A DNA stretch of 63,434 nt, the filler included, from Choristocarpus tenellus KU-1152 (taxonomy: Eukaryota > Protista > Phaeophyceae): NCBI GenBank assembly GCA_964200185.2. It is 9 parts of 9 records of this genome, joined end to end, with 100 filler letters (N's around TTAATTAATTAA, not from the genome) between each part and the next. Parts side by side here need not be neighbours in the genome. Positions count along the whole stretch, not along the records: positions 23,333 to 27,789 come from CAXNAD020014464.1; positions 27,890 to 31,024 come from CAXNAD020022069.1; positions 31,125 to 54,611 come from CAXNAD020000241.1; 6 more parts are not named here. One strand, 5' to 3'. This document shows, piece by piece, positions 23,429 through 35,600 of this stretch; the stretch's first letter is position 1; the number at the start of each line of letters is the position of its first letter. Under the pieces are notes generated by a model that saw only the letters and a program-made list of their open reading frames with translations, was not told the DNA's origin and searched no databases. The translations under genes and the position numbers were made by a program.

Positions 23429-24958
23429 CCTGATTCTCGGCAACAAATGTGTTTGCCCTGGAAACGTCAAGGGTTGTCACACCCATTAGTTTCTGGGGGT
23501 CAAAAACACCGGCCTTCTTGAGCACGTCTCCAAAGATGGGCACAGTGGAGTTGACGGGGTTGGAGATGATGAGGACGCATGCCTTAGGGCAATTCTTGGC
23601 GCAAGCCTCCGCAATACCCTTCACAACAGAGGCATTGGTGTTGAAGAGATCATCCCTTGCATTGTACAAAGAGGGGGAGGGAGGGGAGGGAGGGGAGGGA
23701 AGGGGGGGGGAGGAAGACGACAAAAAAGAACTTCAAGAGGTCATTTTGGCGGCTGGCAGATGGAAACTTGCCCAAGTTACAAAGACCTGTCACAGCTATC
23801 TAGGCTACAGAAATGGCTACCAAATGATCCCTCAACTTCAAAACTGGCTCAACAAAACACATAAAAAAATTAGGGGGAAGCTACCTTCAGTGCATGGTTA
23901 CTAGTCTCCATCGCACATAAAAGGAAAATACGTAGTACCAATTGCGTGACTTCTGAACAAAATCTTTTCATCACGGCAGGGGAATGTGCTTGGGTGAAGA
24001 TAATCACTTCAGTCAAAGAACTTTTGGTAAGTCGTGTATCATGGACTGCCACTGAGTAGTTGTACACTCACTGGTATACTAAATGTACCGCCATTGCGGT
24101 AAGGAAGCAACAATTGTGCAATGTTTTTCACGCAATAAGAGGACTGATCAGTATGTCAAAAAATATATGGTGAAAAAATATATTTTTGTAATTGCGCACC
24201 TAGTCATGCCCGGCTTTCGTGGCACTCCAGCAGGAATCACCACAATATCGCAGCCGTCAAGAGCTGCATCCATCTCCTCCGCGCCCTTATGTGCGGTGAC
24301 CTGTTAGGAGGGGAAGGGTGGGGAAAATGTGAAAGTAAACCCAATTGCTAGGTAACGTAGGCTTGAGTGCCTTCAATGGCGGAGGTTGTTTGCCTGCCTG
24401 GTCCTACAGCCCCACTTAGTTCCAAAAACCAACGGATGGATTCATACATACCATCTTGGGGAAGTTAGGATGCACCAACCCAATGCACTACGGTAATTGC
24501 AACCAGTTCCTGCACAAAAGTGTGTAGGAGTCATCCATCAACTACTGAAGTTGGGGTGCCCTACCTTCCCATATGTGTTGCAATGAGCGATATCTGCCGC
24601 CACACCAGGTGTATTGACGATATCGAACAAAGAGAGGTGCTCTATCTTGCCAGACAATTTGAGCAATAGGGACATTGGTTGTCCGATCCCACCAGCTGCA
24701 CCAACTACGGCCACCTGTACGACCAAGAGTTGGGGGCAACGTGTGAGGAGTAGTGATTATTCCCAGCAGATGCTTCAATCCACCCCTCGGTTGCTATTCG
24801 ATTTTCGTAACTATCCGGAAAACAAGCGCAACTTCAATTAGCACCTTGTTCTGAGTGGAAGAAGTGCCTGTGAAAGACCTGGTGGCACTAACCCCAAGGG
24901 CCTTGGTCCCCACATTTGAGGCAAGCTTGATCAGCGGGGAAGCGCGAACGGCAGCCAT
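23429..24958 (-). CDS. MDH2: Mitochondrial NAD-dependent malate dehydrogenase, 3' part cut by contig end
   Basis: Exons 24958-24845, 24714-24565, 24300-24200 and 23655-23429 give a transit peptide, then [20 protein letters not shown]...[26 protein letters not shown]...[12 protein letters not shown]...[15 protein letters not shown]. Confidence 0.97.
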
Positions 24959-25337
24959 TATCAGCCCGACTGTGCACAACACTAGGGTAGGGGGTAGGGG
25001 GACTTTGCAACAAGAGGGTGCGCACTGCTAGTTTTGAGAATGGGTGCGTAAGGTGGTATCTAGTGTGAGAGTCGGTTAGAGCAGCTCTCGACTTGACTGG
25101 ACTTATTCTGAAAGACCATTGGGGAAAAGGCTTGAAGGTTACAGGGTTAGGGATATGCTTACTTCGGTTGTATACCGTACAATCATACCGTCATTCGCTA
25201 ACACTACTGCTGTCCTCAACCCACCACCCATGAGCACAAAGGTCTCACTCTATGATGCTGTCTGAATTCCTTGGTCGCCCGCTGTGACTAGACATTGTTG
25301 TGATCCGTGCACTTTACAAGGAAACCTCAGCACCCCA

Positions 25338-27682
25338 ATGGCTGAGTGGACGCATCCTCGGAAAGCCTCGAAGGAGACCATCTCATACCTCACGCAGATC
25401 GAGCCTGTACTTGACCAATACGATGAAGATGCCACGGTAGGGCGTGGGGGTTATGGAATTGGTGGTGTAGAGGGTGATGAAGACGGAGACGAGGATGTTG
25501 ACCAGGAGCAAATGCTGGACAATGTGTTAGATGAGCTTAAGCACCAGACGGCCAGCATCATGGAAGATCGCCAAGGTAGTGTTGTTGCTGAAAAACTTGC
25601 CAGACGACTCACTCCCTTGCAACTACGACTCATGCTCAGTCGCTGTGGGGGGTATATGCTCAGCTTGGCCAACAACCGCTACTCGTCGCACGTGTTGCAG
25701 ACCCTCCTAAGCCTTGCTGGGCAGGTCGTGGAGGCGGAGCTCATGCATGGCACCGGATTCGTGATAGACACCGAAGGTGAACTGAATGGAGCTGAGCCCG
25801 ATGAGGTGGGGACTGCTGGCAAGGAGGCTACAAGCGTCGATACTATGCAGGATGTTATTCTCTCCCTCGTATTGGAACTGTCGGGTGTGTGGAGTGAGCT
25901 CATGGCGGACATCAGCGGCAGTCACACTGGTCGGGCTTTCCTCCAGGTCCTGGGTGGGTTGCCCATCCTCGCGGAGAAGAGAGGCAAGGAGTCTCGTCAC
26001 CAGCATTCGATTGAGACTGCAGCGAGGCCTGTTGGGTGGAAGCAAGAGGCAGTGAATGGTGTAGGCCCTGATGTAATCGGCAACAGGGGCGGCGCAAGAC
26101 CTCCAGCCGACCCTGAGGCCTTGGCGAAGTGGTCAACCTCCCGACGATTCCAGATCCCGTCGTCGTTCCAGGAAACATTAGCAAGTATAATAGGAGAGCT
26201 GCTGGAATTACCAGAGACAAACTTGCTGAGTCTAGCGTGCAGTACCTTTGGTTGCCCGCTCCTAGTCATGCTCCTAAGGGTATATGCCAACCTTGACATG
26301 GATCCTGCTATTGGGGAGTTCCCACGACTCACAGATGAGTCTCTAGCTATGGCCCTTGTGCGCAGGACCCTCAATTGGCAAGGCGTTGAACGCAGCGCAC
26401 AGGTAGTTTATGCTATGTCTGGTGAAGGCACTGGAAGTCATCTGATGGAGGCGATAATATGGCTCTCGCCAGATGGGTTCTTTGGCGAGCTCTACAGCCG
26501 TTGCTTCGAGGGCAGGCAAGGATTTGGACTTGTCAATTGTGATTACATTTGGTTCTTCGTTTCTGCTCTTTATTTTTACCCTACCTGTGTATGCTCTTCA
26601 TCGCAGGTACTCTAGGCGGTCTCCAAGTAATGGGTGCGACTAAAGTGGCTATTTCACTTGATCTTTCAATATCCTACATTTCTTTTACTGGCTCAGTTCC
26701 ATACACCCTGTCAATAGTGAGAGCTTTACCCTTAAGAGCATATCCCCATTGACTGTACGATGGTATCTATGTGTTAATACCTAATACTACGTACTATAGT
26801 ACTTCTACAATGCTGTAATACATGCAGTTGAAGCGAAGTCAATACCAGAAGAAAATCAACATCGCCAAGAACTAGTGCCCAATTCTCCAACCCCAACCCA
26901 TTTCCACATGCCTCATCCCCCCTCCCCCAACCCACGATTCCCTCCTAAACATCATATCTCAGCAGGCTTTACGAATATTGCGAGCATGGCGTATCAAACT
27001 TCCTTGTTCAAGCCTGCCTACAGCGAGTAGATGACAAAGCCATGGCAACGGGCATGGTCGAAGTACTGGGTGGACGGGCAGCCGACCTCTTAGCTTGTAG
27101 GCGGGGTGGTGTGCTCTGGCGAGCGGCACAGGCTTGCGTTCGGCTTGGACTTGGGGCCAAGACACAGGCAGTTTTCCTTGCAGAGATAGCATCAGCAGTA
27201 ATAGCCAGCAAGGGAGTTGGAGTCGATACCGAAAGCCACAAGAGTGAGAAGACCACCAACGCCTTCCAGGATGCACGAGAGTGGGTTCCAGCACTGCTGA
27301 ACCCTCAATTGCCCAAGCCAGGGGGGTTTGATAGGCTGGCGCTGAATGTGACCGGAGCCCGGATAGTCCAGAACATCGTCCAGTTTGAGACTTCGGTAGC
27401 GGCGCCAGTAGTCAAGGCGGTGGCGTCACTGCCGGAGGCGACACTGGCTGCTGTAGCAAAGGATAACCTTGGTAGCCGTTGCCTGCTGGATCCCATTCTC
27501 GAGGTGGCTGCTGCTGCTAATGCAGGGACGAAGGCTGGAGGTGCTAAGGGCAGGCCGGGCGAGGATGCACGGCGATCGTTGCTGAGGACTTACCGGGGAA
27601 ATCTTGTGGCTATGGCATGTGACCGTGTGGCATGGCACGTCTTGCTGAAGCTGTTTCGTGGGGCAGACATGAAGGGAAAGAG
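25338..27682 (+). CDS. NOP9: Nucleolar protein 9 (Pumilio-like repeat, 18S rRNA processing), 3' part cut
   Basis: Exons 25338-26515 and 26966-27682 (GC-AG intron) carry repeated NOP9-type motifs GSVVAEKL, LANNRYSSHVLQTLL, DISGSHTGRAFLQVLGG, GSHLMEAII and EHGVSNFLVQ. Confidence 0.88.
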
Positions 27683-27789
27683 GTACAGATAAAGGATTCT
27701 CATGGGGGGGGGGGGGGGAATGGGGGGGGGGGGGGTGTGGGTGGGTTTTTTAGTGGGGGGGGGGGGTTTGATTTTGGGTTTTTGTTTGT

Positions 27790-27889
27790 NNNNNNNNNNN
27801 NNNNNNNNNNNNNNNNNNNNNNNNNNNNNNNNNTTAATTAATTAANNNNNNNNNNNNNNNNNNNNNNNNNNNNNNNNNNNNNNNNNNNN
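27790..27889. other. Artificial contig spacer
   Basis: N44-TTAATTAATTAA-N44. Confidence 0.99.
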
Positions 27890-28173
27890 ATGTTTAGGTG
27901 TGGGTAGGGGGGGGGAGACAACAGGATCGCCCAGAGCTTGTGTGGTTGATGTTTTGGTTTGTCTGGGTAGGTGTAGATTTCAGGGCTTGGGGCTAGATTC
28001 AGGACTAGAATGCACCATTTTCCAATTATTCCAAAAGTTGTTACTGTTTTTTTTTAACAGTAGCCAAAACGTTGAAACCTATTTGTGTCTGAGAGTATGG
28101 GCAATCTGTAAGGTGGTCCTCCCCCACCCCCCACCCCTCCCTTGGGTTATGGATGTGTCCTTGCCTACTGCAG

Positions 28174-28301
28174 GCAAATCTTCTAGTGGGGGTGATGCCA
28201 TGGCCGTGGAGGAGTTGCGACGCCATGACCGGGCGGTGATGTCGGCGGTCAGGACACGGATGGAGTCGTGGCGTGCACACAATACCAAGTTGGTTGAGAA
28301 G
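28174..28301 (+). CDS. Isolated internal exon of an unknown gene
   Basis: GC-rich open segment bounded by cag and gtac: KSSSGGDAMAVEELRRHDRAVMSAVRTRMESWRAHNTKLVEK. Confidence 0.5.
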
Positions 28302-28906
28302 GTACATGTACCTTGCATTGTCAATCATTGTCAATGTGGGGGAGGGGGGCAAGGTTAGATGCTAGGGTTGGATTAGGGTTGGATTAGTTAGGGTTAGGGT
28401 ATGGAATAGGTTCCTTCTTGTTGTTGGGGCTGCAGAATGGTGTTGTGAAATTTCTGATGTTTGCCGTCTGAGGAGTTGATAGTCGTAGATTGGGATGATT
28501 GTTCTTGTGTAGAGCCCCACGGTTTCATGGGCAGGGAAGCATATACACGAGTGGTAAAGAGTTGGGTGGAATGGTGTGACTAGCTAACTACTGTGAAATA
28601 AATCAATGATGGTATGAGGTGTTTGAATATATGCTGCGATTGGTGTATGAGCATATATTGGCAATTTTTCCTTACAAATCGTACTGATTTTTTCCTATCC
28701 CCCAAATTATCTGGTTTGGGGGGAAAATCTCTGATTCGTGTTCGAAATCAGCACGCGGTAATTTTTTGTTGTTACATTGACTTCCCTCCCTGTTTGTAGG
28801 TGACAGTATAGGGATACCCCCAAATGGGATCTCTGTCTTGCGCTGTTGTACTGCACTTCTTTTTTGAGCCATAACCCTGTTATATTTGGGTTAAGGGTTA
28901 GGGTTA

Positions 28907-29173
28907 GAGTGAAAGTATCTTAGAGGGTACGTACGGGTTTTGTCCTGTTTGTCCATTTGGGGCTTGGCTTCCCATGGGTTCTTTTATGACATTTTCCTAC
29001 TCCAAAATGTTTAGGAGTAGGTAAATGTATGTATGTTCTGAAAAGGTGTGTCCAGAACATGGATATTGACACTTCCTAACAAACACAATAGCCAAATTAC
29101 ATCAAAGTGATCGCCGCATTGGATTTTGGCCCTCAAATGGATGCGGCTCTTACCCTCTAAGATGCTTTGGCTC
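28907..29173 (+). mobile_element. MITE family A copy inserted in a TTAGGG tract
   Basis: Both TIRs present; TSD gtta/gtta within agggttagggtta...gttaggg. Confidence 0.92.
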
Positions 29174-29262
29174 GTTAGGGTTTTATTTTCATATGTGAGT
29201 GGTACCATTTTGAGAGGAGGGTGCTGAGTTCTGAGGTATCCCTGTGAGCTACTGACTCGTGG

Positions 29263-29266
<4 letters not shown>

Positions 29267-29300
<34 letters not shown>
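29267..29300. repeat. (TG)n microsatellite
   Basis: Seen directly. Confidence 0.95.
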
Positions 29301-29301
<1 letters not shown>

Positions 29302-29371
29302 CAGGAGAATTTGGTGGCCATCAAGGAGGCGAGTAGAGTTAGACTTGGAGAGGAAGTACTGGGGGGTAGGG

Positions 29372-29459
29372 GAGGAGGAGGAGGAGGAAGAGGAGGAGGA
29401 AGAGGAGGAAGAGGAAGAGGAGGAAGAGGAGGAAGAGGAAGAGGAAGAGGAGGAGGAGG
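29372..29459. repeat. (GAG/GAA)n trinucleotide repeat
   Basis: Seen directly. Confidence 0.95.
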
Positions 29460-29835
29460 GATCGGGGGTGTGGGGGGGGTGACATCGCCGGGGCTCTCCA
29501 GTGTGCCCCAGTCCAAGTATGGGAGGAAGAATATGATGAGGCAAGTCTTTTTTTTTTTTTCTTGGCTATGTGCAGTCTGATGCTCTGGTGTGTGCTTTTG
29601 TGCGCTTGTGTGTGGAAAGGAAAGGAAAGTTTTGTTCCTTGCTTTTTTTGTAATTTTTTGTTTGTTTGTTGATGTTTTGGAATGCGTGTAGCATGCTTGT
29701 GTTAGAGTGGAGTGAAGTGTGGAGGGAGTGATAGGTTTTAGAGATTGTGGAATTGTGTACCTTGTTTTGTTGCAGTAATGACGATACGGGGTATGTTATT
29801 GGATAGGTGTACTGTCAGAAGTATTTTTGTATTTG

Positions 29836-30100
29836 GTGGTATACCTTTTAATGTCATGCCGATGACATTGTGGAGTAAGTTATTGATTAAATGTACTGGA
29901 AGTGGTATTTATCTAGTGGTATACCTTTTAATGTCATGCCGATGACATTGTGGAGTAAGTTATTGATTAAATGTACTGGAAGTGGTATTTATCTAGTGGT
30001 ATACCTTTTAATGTCATGCCGATGACATTGTGGAATAAGTTATTGATTAAATGTACTGGAAGTGGTATTTATCTAGTGGTATACCTTTTAATTTCATGCC
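29836..30100. repeat. 80-bp tandem repeat, about 3.3 copies, each with an internal hairpin
   Basis: gtggtataccttttaatgtcatgccgatgacattg... recurs at 29836, 29916 and 29996, and partially at 30076. Confidence 0.95.
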
Positions 30101-31024
30101 AATCCATCAATCCCCCCAATATCTGGTGGGCAGGAATCTCCAGTCTGTCCTCAGAGTTGCCACACTATTGATTTATTTTTTGGTTATATTACACTTTTTT
30201 TTTTGTTGCGGGATGGGATGAGGGTGATGATACTACAGTCTTGGTAGGCGTGTTGCCTCAAATAGCCTGTTGTGGTCTTTAGTGGAGGTTCCGGAGATGG
30301 CTGCAACATCAATTGGGATTTTTTGTTTGTGACAATGCACTCTTTATGTTTTTTTCTAGTAGGGCTTGAAAGAGTTGAGGGTTTATATTTGATGGTTTGT
30401 GATGTGCACCAGTGCCTTGTCCTTCCTCCCTCCCTTCCCACCCACCATTTGTCATCCCCTCTCTCTGATGTTCATATATATATATATATATTCTGAACCG
30501 TCCTGTGATATCAACTTAGTTGCTGTTACGACTCCTTCTTCACACTCTCCAACCCCTAACCCTAACCATATCTGTAGCCTCTGTTTACAGCCTCCCTGTT
30601 TACGTTTTGATTTATTTTATTATTTTTGTTATTTGTTGAGACTCGTAACATATATTTATATATATATATTATCCTATGTTTTTGTTGCGTCAACAGTTGC
30701 ATACTTTTTTTCTTTATTATAATGAAAAAAATGTTTAAAGAAATAAAAATTGTTCTTTGGACAGAGGACTCATGACATTCATTTGATACAATTTGTCTAT
30801 TATTTTCATCTATAATTTTTTCTATTTTTATTTTTTCCACTGTTTTCAACTCTCTCCACATAGCGCTGAAACTGTCACACCCTGCTCCGGTCAGACACTC
30901 TTTTTACTTGATTTTTCATTGTCTGGTTGTTGATGTCCTCTGTGTGATGTGTGTGGTGTTCAGGTTTCTCATGCACCTTCAGGCTGCTCCTGTTGCACCC
31001 TCGTGGGTGGAGTCGCTCATGATC

Positions 31025-31124
31025 NNNNNNNNNNNNNNNNNNNNNNNNNNNNNNNNNNNNNNNNNNNNTTAATTAATTAANNNNNNNNNNNNNNNNNNNN
31101 NNNNNNNNNNNNNNNNNNNNNNNN
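31025..31124. other. Artificial contig spacer
   Basis: N44-TTAATTAATTAA-N44. Confidence 0.99.
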
Positions 31125-31274
31125 GTGGAAGAGAGTTGCTGCTGCACAGTGGTCAGGGGAGGGGAGGGGGGGGAGGCGTTGTTGGTGACCAATCAAAATG
31201 TGTCAAGGAGTTCATCTTTTTTGTCCCTCTGAGAGGATTTGGCTTCCATTTAGTAATGGACAAATCCTGTCCAG

Positions 31275-32180
31275 GTTGGCAGAAACGAAGGTGTGTTGGT
31301 GATTTGTAGGGTCCCATGGTGGATTATTCGATGGAGGATTGATTTCGAGCCCCCACCTAAAGACTTGAGACATTTTAAAGAACATGTTACGGGTTGTTCC
31401 AGTGGTATCTTTTTCATCAAAGGGTATTGCAAACGAGTGTGTGTGCTTGCTGCACCTACTAGGCTATCTACGCTAGCCCTCATTTTGCAATTAAAGGTAC
31501 GTAATTGTCCCGTTGCACCTTAGGCAGGGCAGAAAGAGTAATATCAAACTTCCGTCAAATTGTATGGCAAAACTGATGAGATGTTCAGGCAGGCTGATTG
31601 CATTTTGTGAGTGGGATTTTAATAGTTGATTTTCGCTAGTTTTGTGGATGAATGTACTGCTCACATGCCTTAGCCTGTGTATTGACTTATGTGTGCGTGG
31701 TATGTATCAGCAGCAGGGTGACTTGGCAAGTGCTGCCAACAAGCAGTTAACATCAGAATAAAGTAAAATACATGAAATGTGTGAGGAATCATTTCTTACC
31801 CATTCTCGGTTCACTCTGTTTTAACTTGGTGAGGGAAGGAGACTTATCATATTATACCAATTCATAACCTGTATTATGTGTACTTAAGTTTATCCTAGTT
31901 TTTAGGCATTTATCCCAACACCTATTTTGCTGTTACTGTGATGAAGTGCATGAACTTCCCTCAAAGATATGCACACTTGACATTTCTAGGCAAATACAGC
32001 ACACCCCTTGGATGCCATCTGAAGTCTTGACTTGGAGTACAATAATGAACAGTTCAGTATCATATCTGTCTCTGAATCCCATGTCCACCAACATGATACA
32101 AAGGTAGACAATGATGGGAGAGTGTGTCTTATCCTTTCATCTCACAGGGAGAAGACACGTCCCTCGACGGCTTGATATAG
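31275..32180 (+). CDS. Probable last two exons of an unknown gene
   Basis: Phase-0 exon 31275-31496 (VGRNEGVLVICRVPWWIIRWRIDFEPPPK...LILQLK, then gtacg) and terminal exon 32148-32180 (GEDTSLDGLI*). Confidence 0.4.
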
Positions 32181-32697
32181 TTAGTTGTAAGTTAATCAAT
32201 CTGCAACACCCTCTGAAAAAGGAGATGAGAGAGTAATGTGCATGAGACACTTTTTATTAAGAAGTGGATTAATTGTTTTGGTAGTGTCGGGATCATGTGC
32301 ACTTTGAAGTATCTGCTGAAGAAGAAAATAAAAATATGTTGCTCACTGTGATTGTTACACACAACGAAAATCGCAATACAATGAAAAGGAAGTTAACATC
32401 AGTGTGTTATTGCCTGAAACATAGTATACTGCTGCAGACATGCCTCTACCCTCACGGGTGATTGACCCATTATCATGGAGAAAAAAAAAATCGTCTGACA
32501 GGTGTCATTCAGCAAGACGATTGACCATGGGCTGAGCTGAACAGAAACTCTCATGTGGCAAAGTCTTAAAAAATGTCACACATCATTTGTAGCAAAGGTT
32601 GTGCCAACCATCTAGAAGGCGAATTCATCTTACAGGGGATATTAAAAAAAAAGGGATACACAAAATGTCTGTATTTCAGGACAACTATAGATTACCA

Positions 32698-35600
32698 TCA
32701 TGCAACACCCTCCTCTGCCAAGGTCAACACCCCCAACTTGGCTTTCGCCACCTTATCCAACATAAACTTCTTTTGTACACCATATCCCCCTTCTTCACCC
32801 CTTCCAACACTCAGCAAGTTCATGAAAGTGGAGACATACTCCTCCAAACTCCCATAGGTGCTCAAAAGATCAGCACTTTCTAACGGTGGATACAACGCCA
32901 TTCCAAGTTCAACAGAACTCTCGTAAATACTACCTACTGCAGTTTGAACACCATGCGCCCAGGCCATACCACGCCCCCCTTCCTCCCCTGCCCTGCCCTC
33001 CCACCCTGGATCAGAGGTTCCTCCAGAGCCCCCCTGCGCCACCGTAGCTATGGATGGTGGCATGGGCGGATCTTCAAGGCTATTCAACTCATCATTTGCC
33101 AGCCGAAGGCAGCGCCGTGCCATTCGGAGCAACTCTATAGCATCATCCACACACTTCAACTGGTCTTCATCGTATTGGTCCTCGTCATCAAAGCCATCCA
33201 AGTCTGCAAAACCTCCCTCCGATAATGAAACATTTCCCCCGTGAGCAAGGAGATCGCTCAACTGGTCTACTGTTGTGTTGCTGTCGCTGGCACTGGCAGG
33301 GTTGTCGGAAGCAGCTGGCGGGGGCCTAGGATCGAGATTTGTTTCGGCAGTGGAGGCGTTTCTTGAGGACACCGCCTTTGCTTGGAACTCATCTACAGTG
33401 TCCTTGATCGCAAGACTCCACTGCGGGAACACATATTAAAAATAGGGTTGTAAGTTTAACTTTTGTTAGCACTGTAAGGATAGCACACATACCTTGGAGT
33501 GTCTGGTGTGACTTGTGTTAGTAAGTGACAAGAAAAACCTTTACACAGTCACAATACTAATCAAAAATGTGCAAGCAAGAGGACACTTTAGATTCCATCG
33601 CGTTTCAATTTTTTAAAAGAAAAAGTTCAACAAAATTCTGGGAGAGTACTGTATTGTAGGGGTGTAAGAGATTACACGCCCCGGTGGAGATTCAGCATCA
33701 AAAATTGACGTAGACTTGTGAAATTGAACTGTGCCCAACATGTTGATTATCATGAAGGAACTACGGGGGAAAATGCCTCTGGCATTTGAGGCATGCATCA
33801 AGTTCTAACACATCTAGTACACGCCCGACAAAGTATTACGTACTATTATGTACTATTACGTACCAGTACACAAAACAAACGAAAAAAAAATGCACGATGC
33901 AGTGTTTTGAGTCATCTTGGTCGCAACTTCTATCTGCCATACAGCCAAAACAACTTATTGGTGTGCTGTGAAAAGAGCTGCAAAAGTACCACATTGAGGT
34001 GGAGTGACATTATGTGCGTGAGAGGGCTCCTTCACCGGGTAGGGCAGATACTGTACATGGTGCATTGCAGATAGTGTTTTGTAGTTCATCGAGTCATTGC
34101 CAATAGGCAGGATTAATGTAGCAGCGTTGCAGCAAAAAAAGATAGGTCAAGTGATGTCAATATCAAGTGATGCTGAGATCAAGAGGAAAGGGAGATGGAT
34201 ACATCCGATTGGCTCAACCGTGCGGAAAAAATGTTATCACATGGTCCTATTGGTCTACACAAAGGTATTGCCTTCCATAACATATCCTGACAACTACCCA
34301 TCAAACGTCCGATATTCTAAGCTCTGGTATGACTCCCCTGCACTTTCCTACCAAAAAAACACGCTGCCTGCAAGTTTTAAAAAAAGGAGATTTGGCATGA
34401 GAGCTCAACTTAGAAGGGCAAGGATCCCGTTCAATAACAACAGTTGAGAGTGCCCAGCACATCACTGGACAAACCGTGAGGCTGCAATGCCCTCTCAACA
34501 TGTCCAGAACCCAGGAAGAGAGAGATGATAGTTACTTCCATCATGTCAAAGGATCAAGAACACATTCTTTTGGATATGCACAGCAATGGAATAGGGTTAG
34601 GGTTAGGGTTAGAGTTAGGGCTGGCAAGTCTTGAAGTTGGCAGCATCCACTAGGCCCCCCCCCCCCCCACCTGCATTATTTGTCTTCGGCATGCTAGCTT
34701 GTTCGTCTTGGGGATCCGTTGCAATTCCTGGCTTGCCGCCCAAACCTAGAATGGAAATATATACACACGGGTATGTTAGACCAGGAGCACATTGTTTTAG
34801 AAACACAAAACAAAACAGTGATTAGATGGTCTCACACTGCTCTTTTGCCCTTGAAGGGCAGGGCTATTGAGGCTGTGCTATGGTACTGAAGTCAGCGGAT
34901 TCCATATTGGAAATATATCGTTCATGGGAAAGGCACCTATGTTCAGTCCAGAAAGCTGGATCTATCCTTCTAGGCCTACACAGATACTACAACTGAGGGA
35001 CAAGTGCTAAAGATGGTTGAGAGAAGACAAGTGTAGACAAGCGTAGGCTGGGAGTGAGGATGACAATTGAGCAAAATTTGTTCGTCATAGAGGAAAGCAT
35101 ATATATATATATATAGCTTCAATCAGTGTTCAACAAACATGCATCTCTGAAAAACGCAAAAAAACATTGAAGCTGATCAACACAATAGCCTGTGCTTCCA
35201 GAATCCATAGGACAATCCATCCCGAGGTATACCCCCTCATCCGTTCCCAGGTTGTAATCACTTCTTCCAGAAGAGCCCCTTTCCCTATCCTCCAAATATC
35301 AAAAGAGTGGGAGGGTTTTCTTTCTCACCACTCCAGTGAGGCTGTTGAGCTCGCCAAGGCGACCTTGTACTATAGCAAGAGCAACCTCTCGAAGGGAATG
35401 CAGGACAGCCCTAACCCCAGTGCACATGAACTCAACCAGGGGATCGCATGCACCCACAGAAATAGCAACACTGCAGAAGCGGTGTGATAAAAAAAAATGC
35501 GTTAGTCCTTTTTTTGGCCCTTTGACCGGCTCGAAAGAAAGTCAGCAGGTAGAGGAGGATATTGCACAAGGTTTTATTTTGCCGAAAGTGTTTGTTCTAT

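Noticed and set aside
28174-28301. Exon as a continuation of NOP9
   Set aside because: It is on a different contig, its phase is incompatible with the phase-2 NOP9 donor at 27682, and it has no NOP9-like motif.
29011-29580. Poly-Ser, poly-Glu, poly-Pro and RGG ORFs
   Set aside because: These are translations of (GAG/GAA)n and (TG)n microsatellites plus a MITE.
29836-30100. CRISPR-like array with palindromic repeats
   Set aside because: The sequence between the hairpins is identical in each unit (no unique spacers), there are no cas genes, and the context is eukaryotic.
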